Shown in pieces: positions 15,708-25,172 of a stretch of 48,411 bases of DNA. Positions within the stretch are counted from its first letter, which is position 1. Every line of letters starts with the position of its first letter. The notes below the pieces were generated by a model. That model worked only from the letters and a program-made list of their open reading frames with translations. It searched no databases and was not told the origin of the DNA. This stretch comes from Patescibacteria group bacterium (GTDB lineage: Bacteria; Patescibacteriota; Minisyncoccia; Moranbacterales; JAKLHP01). The position numbers and the translations under genes were made by a program. The stretch is taken from the NCBI GenBank assembly GCA_043803385.1, contig JAZDKA010000018.1:1-48411 (forward strand), written 5' to 3'.

Positions 15708-17354
15708 ATGTCGCAGACTTTATATCGCAAATACCGTCCCCAAAAATTTTCTGATGTTATCGGACAGCAGCATATTATCCAGACGCTTGTTAATTCCATA
15801 AAAAACGGAAGGATCGGACACGCTTATCTTTTTGCCGGTCCCCGGGGAACTGGAAAAACAACAGTAGCTCGCTTACTTGCAAAGGCAGTTAACTGTTCCT
15901 ATATGAAAGATACGGACTTGTCCGCCAAAGCTTTAGCGTCGGCGGAGCCGTGTCTTGAATGTGAGAACTGCAAAAACATTCAAGACGGACGATCTTTGGA
16001 TATTATTGAAATTGATGCCGCTTCAAATACCGGCGTTGATAATATCCGAGAACTGCGGGAAACAGTGAAGCTTCCGCCGACAAGAGCCAAATACAAAGTT
16101 TATATCATAGATGAGGTCCATATGCTCTCAACCGGAGCTTTCAACGCGCTTCTCAAAACCTTGGAAGAGCCACCGGCCCATGTTATTTTCATTCTAGCGA
16201 CCACTGAAATCCACAAAGTTCCGGATACGATAATATCTCGTTGCCAGCGGTTTGATTTTGCCAGATTATCCCTGGAAAATATAATCAAAAAACTTTCCAG
16301 CATAGCCAAAAGCGAAGGAGTTGAAATAGAAAAAAATGCCCTGGAAATGATTGCTATTTCGGCTGAAGGAGGAATGCGTGATGCCGAATCTCTCTTGGCG
16401 CAAGTAATATCGCTTGAAGACAAAAAAATCACTTCCAAGGAAGTGGAAGAAATTCTGGGAACAACTGACAGGGAAAGCGTTGAAAAGATGGCCGAGATTA
16501 TGATTGATAAAAATGCCAACGAAGCAATAGAACTGGCAAACAAGCTTGCCAGAGATGGCTACGATTTGGAAGTATTTAATAAATCATTCTTAAATTATCT
16601 GCGCCAGCTTCTTCTTATTTCCATAGACGAGAAGCTCTCGGAAAAATTATCATTAGAATTAACTTCAGAACAAATTAAAAAAGCCTTAAAAATAGCCAGA
16701 GGCCATACCCGGGAAATTCTAAAAATAATCGAGGCATTTTCAGAAATCCAGAACAAAATAAAATCTTCATTTATTCCCCAGCTTCCAATAGAAATTGCGA
16801 TTGTAAAGTTAAGCGGAAAATATGAAGTAGAGAACATCGAACCAGAAATAAAACAAGACGAAAAGCCATCAAGCTATCAGCCTATTGAACCATCGGGTAA
16901 TAGCAATAAAATTGCCAGACCGGAAATAAAAAAAGTTGAACATCAGGATAATGCTTCGGCAAAAGACTTAAATATTACTGTTGGTGAAATTAAAAATAAA
17001 TGGGGCGACTTGATCCGCGAAACAAAGCCATATAATCATTCCCTTTCCGCATTTTTGCAAAACTGCCAGCCAGTAGAAATCAAGGAAGAACGCCTTATAA
17101 TCGCCACGAAATATAAATTTTATAAAGATACGTTAAGCGAAAACAAGAATAAATTGACAATTGAGAATGTGCTTGCTAAGCTTTTGGGGTCAAACATCAG
17201 AGTAAATTTTGTTAGCGAAGATGAGGCAGGGATCAAGATACAATCAACATCTCCTGCGCCAAAAGATAGCCCATCTTCCAATATTCCTAGGGAAACTAAT
17301 TCTCTTCTTAATGATGCCATGGAAATGATGGGCGGAAAGATTATTGAGGAATAA
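15708..17354 (+). CDS. dnaX: DNA polymerase III subunit gamma/tau
   Basis: LYRKYRP, GPRGTGKT, Zn motif C...PCLECENC, IIDEVHML, SRC. Confidence 0.97.
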   Translation: MSQTLYRKYRPQKFSDVIGQQHIIQTLVNSIKNGRIGHAYLFAGPRGTGKTTVARLLAKAVNCSYMKDTDLSAKALASAEPCLECENCKNIQDGRSLDIIEIDAASNTGVDNIRELRETVKLPPTRAKYKVYIIDEVHMLSTGAFNALLKTLEEPPAHVIFILATTEIHKVPDTIISRCQRFDFARLSLENIIKKLSSIAKSEGVEIEKNALEMIAISAEGGMRDAESLLAQVISLEDKKITSKEVEEILGTTDRESVEKMAEIMIDKNANEAIELANKLARDGYDLEVFNKSFLNYLRQLLLISIDEKLSEKLSLELTSEQIKKALKIARGHTREILKIIEAFSEIQNKIKSSFIPQLPIEIAIVKLSGKYEVENIEPEIKQDEKPSSYQPIEPSGNSNKIARPEIKKVEHQDNASAKDLNITVGEIKNKWGDLIRETKPYNHSLSAFLQNCQPVEIKEERLIIATKYKFYKDTLSENKNKLTIENVLAKLLGSNIRVNFVSEDEAGIKIQSTSPAPKDSPSSNIPRETNSLLNDAMEMMGGKIIEE

Positions 17355-17369
17355 CAAACTTTTATATAT

Positions 17370-17441
17370 TGGAGCGTAGCCAAGTGGTAAGGCAGCGGCC
17401 TTTGAAGCCGCTATGCGTAGGTTCGAATCCTACCGCTCCAA
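17370..17441 (+). tRNA. tRNA-Gln(TTG)
   Basis: TGGAGCG/CGCTCCA acceptor, GCGGC-CT-TTG-AA-GCCGC, GGTTCGAATCC. Confidence 0.95.
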
Positions 17442-17519
17442 CACCAAAAAACAGCACATTGAAGCTGTTTTTAATTTATTGCTGGATCCCGCATCAAGTG
17501 CGGGATGACGCTAGACGTG

Positions 17520-18203
17520 TCATTTTTTAAACACGAAAAACTTGTAGCCGATGAAGTTCCAGAGAAGAGAAATCAGGGTTGCAGCCAGAGCTCCAACATT
17601 TGCCCATCTTTCGGGAGAAAGTCCCGCTTGCGGTCCAATAACATTAACAATGACAGAAGCTAGAGCAATATTGATGAAAAAACCTATTATAGTTACTCCG
17701 AAAAACTTTCCAGCTTCTTGGGTGTTCGCGCTGCTGTCATTTTTTGCTCCGAATGTCCAATATTTATTCCAGAAATAACTGCTGATACTGGCTACAACAA
17801 AAGATGTCCCCTTAAATCCGCTATATGCGAATCCTGACGCGAAACCGGTTATGGCGATTAGCAAATTAAGCACTCCCCAGTCTAAAAATGAATTAAACGC
17901 GCCAACAGCAGCAAACTTGGCAAACTGGAAAACCACGGATAATTTTTTCCCTATGGCTCCGGCGATCCAAAGAGCAATGTTTGCGAATACTAGAAAAAAT
18001 ACCATCAAAATTATTGCTGTGAGGAAGTTTGCTTTCAGAAAAGGCAATTTAATATTATTGATAATCGGGAGGGAAAAAAGCGCGAATGAAACGCCGATAA
18101 AAGATATGAGCAAGTAATCTTTCTTGGTAAGGGTTACGGTGTTGGTTTTCGGATTTGGCTGCGGGTTTATTTCCGTGCCGGCATTTTGTATCGGACTTTC
18201 CAT
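17520..18203 (-). CDS. GtrA family membrane protein
   Basis: QFAKFAAVG, SYFWNKYWTF and WNFIGYKFFVF motifs. Confidence 0.88.
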   Translation of the reverse strand: MESPIQNAGTEINPQPNPKTNTVTLTKKDYLLISFIGVSFALFSLPIINNIKLPFLKANFLTAIILMVFFLVFANIALWIAGAIGKKLSVVFQFAKFAAVGAFNSFLDWGVLNLLIAITGFASGFAYSGFKGTSFVVASISSYFWNKYWTFGAKNDSSANTQEAGKFFGVTIIGFFINIALASVIVNVIGPQAGLSPERWANVGALAATLISLLWNFIGYKFFVFKK

Positions 18204-18234
18204 ATGTTTGTTCTTGGTTTTTTATTTTAAATAA

Positions 18235-18978
18235 TTATTCAACAGGGCGAGCTTTTTCCTTTTGAACTTCTTTTTCAATTTCTTTGATGTCTGCAGTCCA
18301 TTCGTCGATTACTGATTTTTCCGGAGCGGGCGTGGGTTCAGCTTTACTTTCTTTCAGCTCTTCTTTCAATGATTCAAAATTATCGCCAACATCTTGTTTT
18401 TTCCCAATATTCAAATAATGGCTTCCTTTTTGAAGGACATTTTCAATAGCTACCCAGGAGCTTTCAATATCGCGCGGCATCACGACTGCTACTTCATCTC
18501 CCGGTTCAGCTTTAAAGTACGTAATGGAAGCCAAAAGCACCCGATAGGGTTTTCCATCGGCTATTACATTGTAATTTTCCGATTCGTCTTGGCTTATTAT
18601 TCCCAGCGCGTGTTTTCTTGAAGCCGGACCGATTTGCTTGTAAATAAAAGACCCATCTAGGGTTATGGTGAGCTTAAGCATATCTCCCTCGACGAGTTTT
18701 GATTTGGACGCGTAATTAGCTGGAACGGGATATTGCTTTCCGTCAGATCCAATCATAATTTGGCCGTCAAAAGTTCCTTCAACTATCGTTCCATCTTCCT
18801 CTTCCTCGACTTTCCTTTTTCTTCCTGTTTTTTTCTTTCCTTCCAAGTTCAAAAGCATTGCCTTGGCGCTTTGAATGGTTTTCTCGGCGCTGTTGATCAT
18901 TTCGCGAAGGGACTGGATCTTGTGAGTTTTGTCAGAATCGCTTACCCCCTCTTTATCTTTTTCATCTTTCTTTTTCAT
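18235..18978 (-). CDS. Hypothetical protein
   Basis: 247-aa ORF with N-terminal coiled coil, beta-rich core (EGTFDGQIM, YPVPANYASKSKLVEGD) and acidic tail. Confidence 0.8.
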   Translation of the reverse strand: MKKKDEKDKEGVSDSDKTHKIQSLREMINSAEKTIQSAKAMLLNLEGKKKTGRKRKVEEEEDGTIVEGTFDGQIMIGSDGKQYPVPANYASKSKLVEGDMLKLTITLDGSFIYKQIGPASRKHALGIISQDESENYNVIADGKPYRVLLASITYFKAEPGDEVAVVMPRDIESSWVAIENVLQKGSHYLNIGKKQDVGDNFESLKEELKESKAEPTPAPEKSVIDEWTADIKEIEKEVQKEKARPVE

Positions 18979-19150
18979 TTTTATATAAACGTGGCAGATA
19001 TCAAAGAAAAAATACCCCCTTAAGATCTGCTCGCTTTTTTTGTTTTTCTTTTACAGTAAAATTATATACTATTTTTTAAAGTCAAGCAAATTATTTTGGC
19101 TCTTCAACAAGTGTTGAATTTTTCTCCTTTCCTGGTAGTATTACACTAGT

Positions 19151-20365
19151 ATGAAAGAAAAAATTGCAAAGCCCTTAGCAGATCGGATGAGACCGGAAAA
19201 CCTCTCTGAATTTGTAGGCCAGCCGCATTTAGTAGGCGAGGGCAAAATACTTAGCCAAATTATCGAAGGCGACAAAATTCCTTCGATGATTTTTTGGGGT
19301 CCTCCTGGTTCCGGAAAGACCACTCTGGCTTTTATCATTGCCAGGAAAACTAATTCCCATTTTATCCAAATAAGTGCGGTTTCCAGCGGAGTGAAAGAAA
19401 TGAGGAAAATTTTTGAAGAAGCAAAAGATATGCTTCGCGCCTATAGTAAGAATACGATTTTATTCATTGATGAGATTCACCGCTTCAACAAATCCCAGCA
19501 AGACGCATTGCTTCCGCAAGTTGAAAGAGGAGGCGTTATTCTTATTGGAGCTACCACGGAAAATCCAAGCTTTGAAGTCAATTCAGCCCTTCTTTCAAGA
19601 ACCAGGGTTTTCGTTTTGAATAAACTTGAGCCCAATGACATTGAAGTCATCATTAAGAACGCTTTAGTAGATAAAAAGAGGGGATTGGGAAATAAGAGAA
19701 TAGATATAGAAGAAGAGGATATAAAATATTTGACGGAGCTTTCCGGAGGAGATGCCAGGAATGCATTAAACGCTTTGGAATTAGCTTCAAATATTAGTAT
19801 TGAAATAAATAAGAAAATTATTGAAGAAGCTATCCAACGCTCCAATCTTTTTTATGATAAGAATGGAGAAGAACATTACAATATTATTTCCGCGCTTCAC
19901 AAGAGCATGCGGGGCGGGGACGCGGATGCGGCGCTTTATTGGCTGGGAAGGATGCTGGAAGGCGGAGAAGATCCGCTTTATGTCGCCAGGCGGCTTATCC
20001 GTTTTGCATCAGAAGATATCGGAATTGCCAATTCCTTTGCGCTTCCGCAAGCGACAGCGGTTTATGATGCCTGCCATTATATCGGAATGCCGGAATGCAG
20101 CGTGAATTTGGCTCAAGCGGTGGTTTATATGGCAAAGTCAAAAAAGAGCAATAAATTATACGAAGCATACCAGAAAGTCCAGCAAGACATTAAAAATTAT
20201 CCCAACGAACCGGTGCCGCTTCACATTCGCAATGCGCCGACAAAATTGATGAAAGAATTGAATTATGGGAAAGGATACAAATATACGCCTAAGTTCGATA
20301 ATCCTGAAGACGCGAAGCAGGAGTATCTACCGAATAAGTTAAGAGGAAAGAAATATTTAGAATAG
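19151..20365 (+). CDS. rarA: Replication-associated recombination protein A (MgsA/RarA)
   Basis: [44 protein letters not shown]. Confidence 0.96.
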   Translation: MKEKIAKPLADRMRPENLSEFVGQPHLVGEGKILSQIIEGDKIPSMIFWGPPGSGKTTLAFIIARKTNSHFIQISAVSSGVKEMRKIFEEAKDMLRAYSKNTILFIDEIHRFNKSQQDALLPQVERGGVILIGATTENPSFEVNSALLSRTRVFVLNKLEPNDIEVIIKNALVDKKRGLGNKRIDIEEEDIKYLTELSGGDARNALNALELASNISIEINKKIIEEAIQRSNLFYDKNGEEHYNIISALHKSMRGGDADAALYWLGRMLEGGEDPLYVARRLIRFASEDIGIANSFALPQATAVYDACHYIGMPECSVNLAQAVVYMAKSKKSNKLYEAYQKVQQDIKNYPNEPVPLHIRNAPTKLMKELNYGKGYKYTPKFDNPEDAKQEYLPNKLRGKKYLE

Positions 20366-20372
20366 TTTTATC

Positions 20373-20545
20373 TTCTGCTTTCTTTGGCAGCAAAGAAAGC
20401 GGAAAGAAAGAAACTGTCCGCACGGGCTCGTGCTGGGCAAATTCTGACGCTTGCTCGCTAAAATTTCAGTCTCTGCTTCGTTGCGAATACAAAATTTCTT
20501 AACGCTCGCAAGCTATAATTTGCTACGCACTTCGCAAGTGCGGAG
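20373..20545. repeat. MITE-like nested stem-loop element
   Basis: gctttctttg/caaagaaagc hairpin, then nested pairs tccgcac/gtgcgga, gcaaatt/aatttgc, gcttgc/gcaagc. Confidence 0.55.
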
Positions 20546-20572
20546 AATTTTTAATTACTGGTTTATTTAAAT

Positions 20573-20617
20573 AAAAAAAGAGAGGGGAATTCTCGTTGTT
20601 AGAGAATTCTCCCTCTT
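20573..20617 (-). terminator. Intrinsic terminator of micro-ORF transcript
   Basis: Minus strand agagggagaattctc...gagaattcccctct followed by a T run. Confidence 0.75.
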
Positions 20618-20653
20618 GCCAGGCGGATTAGTCCCTGGCACTGCATAATCCTC

Positions 20654-20764
20654 TTAGATGGTGTTGCTCTTCTTTTCCGTCGCGCTGGTCGCTCTCTTGT
20701 GGGCCATTGCGGCGCCGATGCCAAAGATTTGTACTGCTGGTGATGCTCTTGTGTTGATACGCAT
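20654..20764 (-). CDS. Micro-ORF, 36 aa
   Basis: GGAGGTG SD; MRINTRASPAVQIFGIGAAMAHKRATSATEKKSNTI*. Confidence 0.55.
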   Translation of the reverse strand: MRINTRASPAVQIFGIGAAMAHKRATSATEKKSNTI

Positions 20765-20858
20765 GTTCCACCTCCCATTTTGGCGGAATTGGTATGAGCG
20801 TCCAGAGGACGCGGTTTGTGATTCGCAGTGCGATTAACGCAACTGCACTGATGCCAAG

Positions 20859-20897
20859 TTATTTCGGCACATCTCTTGCCTTATGAAACAAAAACAT
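20859..20897 (-). CDS. Micro-ORF, 12 aa
   Basis: GGAGGTG SD; MFLFHKARDVPK*. Confidence 0.4.
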   Translation of the reverse strand: MFLFHKARDVPK

Positions 20898-20949
20898 AAG
20901 ACACCTCCTCTAATAAAGTTTTTTCCTGCTGAGTTCAGGGGGAAACGCA

Positions 20950-21009
20950 CTAGAGTCTCAGATCCTTAACGCTACCGAAGACCATTTGCCGTGAGATAAA
21001 TACACTCAT
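20950..21009 (-). CDS. Micro-ORF, 19 aa
   Basis: AAGGAGGTG SD; MSVFISRQMVFGSVKDLRL*. Promoter TTGACG-17-TATTAT at 21057-21029. Confidence 0.45.
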   Translation of the reverse strand: MSVFISRQMVFGSVKDLRL

Positions 21010-21068
21010 AGCACACCTCCTTATTTTAATAATATAAAATTAATTGTTTTTCGTCAAATTGAAATTTT

Positions 21069-21341
21069 ATGATAATTTCTAATTTTTCTCAAAAAGTTTA
21101 TGCTGTTGTCAAAAAAATTCCCAAAGGGAAGGTTTTGACGTATAAAGAAGTGGCAAAAAGAGCGGGAAGACCGAAAGCTTATCGGGCAGTAGGAAATATT
21201 TTGAGCAAGAATAAAAATCCCAAAGTTCCGTGCCACCGGGTAATTCGAAGTAATGGAAAGCCTGGTGGTTATAACGGATTAATTAGTAACAAGAAAAAAA
21301 CTGACATTTTGAGAAAAGAAGGAGCAATGTTGAAAGTGTGA
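21069..21341 (+). CDS. MGMT family (O6-alkylguanine DNA alkyltransferase) single-domain protein
   Basis: IPKGKVLTY, RAVG, PCHRV active site. Confidence 0.92.
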   Translation: MIISNFSQKVYAVVKKIPKGKVLTYKEVAKRAGRPKAYRAVGNILSKNKNPKVPCHRVIRSNGKPGGYNGLISNKKKTDILRKEGAMLKV

Positions 21342-21514
21342 TATATGTGATATAATAAAAATAAGTTTTAGCGAATTTAGAATTAGGAATTAAGAATTGA
21401 GAATGGGAAGTTAGAGTTTAGAATATAGGAATTATATTTTTTTCTGTGTTCTTTATTCCATATTCTTATTCTAAATTCAAAATTCATAATTCAAAATTCA
21501 TAATTCTAATCTTT

Positions 21515-21766
21515 ATGCAGCAATTTATAATGCAAAATCCGTGGATAATTTACGCGCTGATCGCCTGGACTCTTCCTTGGAAAGGAGTGGCTCTTTGGAG
21601 GTCGGCAAAAAACGGACATAAAATTTGGTTCGTGATTATTTTTCTAATAAATACTTTGGCAATTCTGGATATTGTCTATATCGTATTTTTTAGCAAGAAA
21701 AAAGAAGAAATGCCCGAGTTCAATAATGGGTCGAGAATATTAGGAAATGGGAAGAGAATAGTTTAA
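21515..21766 (+). CDS. Small membrane protein (DUF5652-like)
   Basis: WKGVALWRSAK...WF...INTLAILDIVY. Start moved past the heptamer repeats to the ATG at 21515. Confidence 0.75.
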   Translation: MQQFIMQNPWIIYALIAWTLPWKGVALWRSAKNGHKIWFVIIFLINTLAILDIVYIVFFSKKKEEMPEFNNGSRILGNGKRIV

Positions 21767-21779
21767 AATTATCAGGCAT

Positions 21780-22835
21780 ATGAATTTTAAAATGAGAAAA
21801 ATAGTCCAATGGATTGCAATAAATTCAATGGTTGTGTTAATAGTATTTGGTCTCGGGGTTTATTATTTTGTTTTTTTCGATCCCTGTTTTTCATTGGATG
21901 TTGCTGAAAAAACTCCGGCATATGCGAAAGAAAATGGCAGAGTTTGCTATGTGAAAAAGGGTGGTCATGGCATAAGAACTCTTTGGGGTGCGGACGTAAA
22001 AACATTTGAAAGCGAGAACGAGAATGTACAAGGATATGGTTATGGAGCGGACAAGAACCATTTTTATTATTACGGAAATATCTTACCGATTAAACGGGAT
22101 AACGCTAAATTCGTGGGATTTTATTTGACTGACGGAAATGTCGTCATTTACGAAGGAAGAGTAACGGGAATTGATGGCAATACATTTTCGGTTTTTGAAG
22201 GTGAGAACTTGTATTCAATGTTTGCGAGAGATAAAAAATTTGTGTACCTGGGCGACTATTTAATTAAGGGAGCAAATCCGGATAAATTCGTTCCCGTCGG
22301 TTTTCGAGTAGGAAAGGATGACAGGAATGTTTATTGGTATGATACAAAATCTGGCGAATGGGAAGGCAAATATGTCTATTACGAAGAAGGATATATTCTT
22401 CCAGATGCCGATCCGGAGACATTTCGTGTTTATGATTCATATTTATCCAAGGACAAAGACCACGTTTATTTAAAAGGAAAACTAATAGAAGAAGCTGACC
22501 CAAATACATTTTCAAATATTTCTGAAAATTATTACTACAGTAAGGATAAAATAAATCTTTTCTGCAATGGAAAAAAAATTGAAAAAAATATTAAAGATAT
22601 CGATCTGGAGACAATAAAAGAAATTTCCGTCAATTATGTTCGCACGGTGTGCTCCGATCCTGAAGCTGGTGATACTTGCACCGTGCATAATGCATCGCAC
22701 TATTATTTCCAAGACAAAAACCATTGCTACGATCCTGAAGACTGCAACCTTGAAATTGTATCGGACGAAAAATGCAAAAAAGGGGAAGAAGTTACCGAAT
22801 ATTTAAAGAATATTCCGTTAAGATCAATGCTATAA
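21780..22835 (+). CDS. Membrane-anchored DKNYY-repeat protein
   Basis: N-terminal TM and repeated DKN(H/F)xY and AD(P/V)xTF units. Confidence 0.85.
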   Translation: MNFKMRKIVQWIAINSMVVLIVFGLGVYYFVFFDPCFSLDVAEKTPAYAKENGRVCYVKKGGHGIRTLWGADVKTFESENENVQGYGYGADKNHFYYYGNILPIKRDNAKFVGFYLTDGNVVIYEGRVTGIDGNTFSVFEGENLYSMFARDKKFVYLGDYLIKGANPDKFVPVGFRVGKDDRNVYWYDTKSGEWEGKYVYYEEGYILPDADPETFRVYDSYLSKDKDHVYLKGKLIEEADPNTFSNISENYYYSKDKINLFCNGKKIEKNIKDIDLETIKEISVNYVRTVCSDPEAGDTCTVHNASHYYFQDKNHCYDPEDCNLEIVSDEKCKKGEEVTEYLKNIPLRSML

Positions 22836-22930
22836 TTTAAAATATTTAAGAATTTTTTTTCTAAGTTCCTAAATTGTGGATAACTTTTTGAAGAGTGGCT
22901 TGAAAAAGCCATTTTTTATTTTGGTAAATT

Positions 22931-22997
22931 GTGTTGACAAGTGTTTACTGGTGGTTTAAAATTACATCATAGTGTAATAAAGTGTAAGAAAGTGGGG
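22931..22997 (+). promoter_or_regulatory. Putative MraZ operator and mraZ promoter
   Basis: GTG(T/G) at 10-bp period (22931, 22941, 22951; 22972, 22982, 22992), overlapping TTGACA at 22934. Confidence 0.65.
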
Positions 22998-23056
22998 AAA
23001 ATTTATTTAAGGAAATCCCAGCACCAGTTGAGGAAAAATTTTGAGAAAAAATTGGC

Positions 23057-23491
23057 ATGTTTATAGGTGAATATTCACACGTCGTGGATCCGAAAAAAAG
23101 ATTGGCTTTGCCTTCCAAATTTAGAAAAGAATTGGGGCGCAAAGTAGTTGTCACCAGGGGGCTGGATCACTGCCTCTTTATTTATCCTTTGAAAACTTGG
23201 AATGAAATTGCGGAAAAGTTAGGAACGCTTCCAGTCGGAGAATCAGGAACCAGAAGCTTTATCCGCGTGATGCTCTCTGGGGCGAACGATGTTGATATTG
23301 ATGGGCAGGGAAGGGTTTTGCTTCCGGAATATCTGAAAGAATACGCCCAGCTCAAAAAGAACGTAACTGTCGCTGGATTGTTCAATAGGTTGGAAATCTG
23401 GGATGAAAATAAGTGGAAAGAATACAAAAATAAAGCTGAAAAAAATACTGATGAAATAGCAGAACAATTAGGAAAACTAGGAATATATTAA
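23057..23491 (+). CDS. mraZ: Division/cell wall cluster transcriptional repressor MraZ
   Basis: MFIGEYSHVVDPKKR, DGQGRV, RLEIWD; first gene of the dcw cluster. Confidence 0.96.
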   Translation: MFIGEYSHVVDPKKRLALPSKFRKELGRKVVVTRGLDHCLFIYPLKTWNEIAEKLGTLPVGESGTRSFIRVMLSGANDVDIDGQGRVLLPEYLKEYAQLKKNVTVAGLFNRLEIWDENKWKEYKNKAEKNTDEIAEQLGKLGIY

Positions 23492-23594
23492 AATTTCTAA
23501 TTCTCAATTTCTAATTTCTAAACAATTTCCAATTATTTAATTTTTAAATTTTAAAATTGTTTGAAAATTGAAAATTGAAAATTGAAAATTGGCA

Positions 23595-24539
23595 ATGTCT
23601 GTTCACAAGTCTGTTTTGCTCAAGGAAAGCATAGAAAGTCTGAATTTAAAGTCTGGTGATATCGTTGTTGACGCAACACTGGGAGGTGGAGGACACAGTG
23701 AAGCGATATTGGAAAAGATTGGAGAAACTGGAATTTTGATAGCTATTGATGCAGACAGCAATGCGATAGAAAAATTCAAGTCAAAAGTCAAAAGTCAAAA
23801 GTCAAAAGTTTGGGGAAAAATATTTTTAGTTAATGATAATTTTGCGAATTTAGATAATATATTAAGTGATTTAAGGATAGATAAAGTTGATGCTATTTTG
23901 GCGGATTTCGGGATATCTTCAGATCAGCTGGATAGCAAAGAAAGAGGATTTAGCTTTCAAAAAGATGCTCCGCTCGATATGCGGATGAATCAGGATGAGA
24001 AAATAACGGCGGAAAAGATAGTTAATAATTATTCAGAAGAAGAACTCTCAAGAATTTTTAAGGAATATGCGGAGGAGAGATATGCGAAAAGCATAGCTAA
24101 GAATATCGCAAAACAAAGAAAAACAAAACCAATCAAGACAACACTGGAATTGGTCTCGATAATTGAAAATTCAGTCCCAGAAAGGTACAAGCATCAAAGA
24201 ATAAGCCCGGCGACAAGAGTTTTTCAGGCTTTGAGGATAGAAGTTAACAAAGAATTGGAAAATATCAGAGAATTTATTCCAAAAGCAATTGAAGTTTTAG
24301 ATAAAAAGGGAAGGCTAGCGGCAATAACCTTCCATTCGGGAGAAGACAGAATAGCTAAAGAAATTTTTAGGGGAAATGCAAGGGGATGCATTTGCCCGCC
24401 CAGTTTTCCGATTTGCCGATGCGGCAATAAGCCTCGGATAAAAATTATTGCCAAAAAACCTATTTTGCCAAGCGAGAGCGAAATAGAAACTAATCCGCGC
24501 TCAAGAAGCGCGAAATTAAGAGTAATTGAAAAAATATAG
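23595..24539 (+). CDS. rsmH: 16S rRNA m4C1402 methyltransferase RsmH
   Basis: HKSVLL, DATLGGGGHS, PLDMRM, FQALRIEVN, NPRSRSAKLR. Confidence 0.97.
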   Translation: MSVHKSVLLKESIESLNLKSGDIVVDATLGGGGHSEAILEKIGETGILIAIDADSNAIEKFKSKVKSQKSKVWGKIFLVNDNFANLDNILSDLRIDKVDAILADFGISSDQLDSKERGFSFQKDAPLDMRMNQDEKITAEKIVNNYSEEELSRIFKEYAEERYAKSIAKNIAKQRKTKPIKTTLELVSIIENSVPERYKHQRISPATRVFQALRIEVNKELENIREFIPKAIEVLDKKGRLAAITFHSGEDRIAKEIFRGNARGCICPPSFPICRCGNKPRIKIIAKKPILPSESEIETNPRSRSAKLRVIEKI

Positions 24540-24642
24540 ACTTACGCATTTGCCTCTGCCAAGGCCGTAGCTCCGGCGCGATGACGGACAATTTTGTAAT
24601 CGTGCCTCCGAAAACGGCTTGTCATAGTCAAATGCGTAAGTC
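24539..24642 (+). mobile_element. About 104-bp MITE-like element, copy 1
   Basis: Terminal inverted repeats cttacgcatttg/caaatgcgtaag; near-identical to 34121-34222. Confidence 0.8.
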
Positions 24643-24680
24643 CTAAGTTATAATTATTTTTCCAGGGGGATCTGGAAAAA

Positions 24681-25043
24681 ATGATAGCGACAAGAAGCGC
24701 TCAAGGAATTTATTCCTGGCAGCGAGACACAAAAAGAAAAACAAACACAGAAAAGAAAAATATAAAGGGATTTATCAATTCTACTGTTTTGATTGTTGCC
24801 CTTTTATTTATTAGCGGATCAATTTATCTCTATTCAATAAACAGCAGTGCATCCAAGGGATACCAGATGCGCCAAGTGGAAAAAGATATCCAGAGCCTTC
24901 GGAAGGAAAATGAGAATTTGAAAATAAAAGAAGCGGAGCTCAAGTCGCTTTATCATATCGAAGAATCAAGTAAAAATATGAACATGGGAGATCTCAAAAA
25001 CGTCAGCTATATACAAGAAACCGGACCGGTGGCGATGAAATAA
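24681..25043 (+). CDS. FtsL-like cell division protein
   Basis: Single TM followed by coiled coil, positioned between rsmH and ftsI. Confidence 0.7.
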   Translation: MIATRSAQGIYSWQRDTKRKTNTEKKNIKGFINSTVLIVALLFISGSIYLYSINSSASKGYQMRQVEKDIQSLRKENENLKIKEAELKSLYHIEESSKNMNMGDLKNVSYIQETGPVAMK

Positions 25044-25172
25044 ATTTTTAAAATCCAAATTTCAAATTACCAATGTCAAACAAAATCCCAAATCCAAATG
25101 ACAAAAATTTTGGATTTTGAGTTTTGGATTTGATTAAAAATTGGGACTTTGGCATTTGGATTTTTTATTCTT

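Noticed and set aside
21365-21510. Heptamer arrays as CRISPR arrays
   Set aside because: Units are 7 nt, degenerate and contiguous, with no unique spacers.
21446-21514. N-terminal extensions in the ORF track (also at 5289, 11301, 25149, 32912, 35149, 37314, 42308)
   Set aside because: They translate intergenic repeats, promoters or the upstream gene. Downstream ATG/GTG starts fit the family N-termini better.
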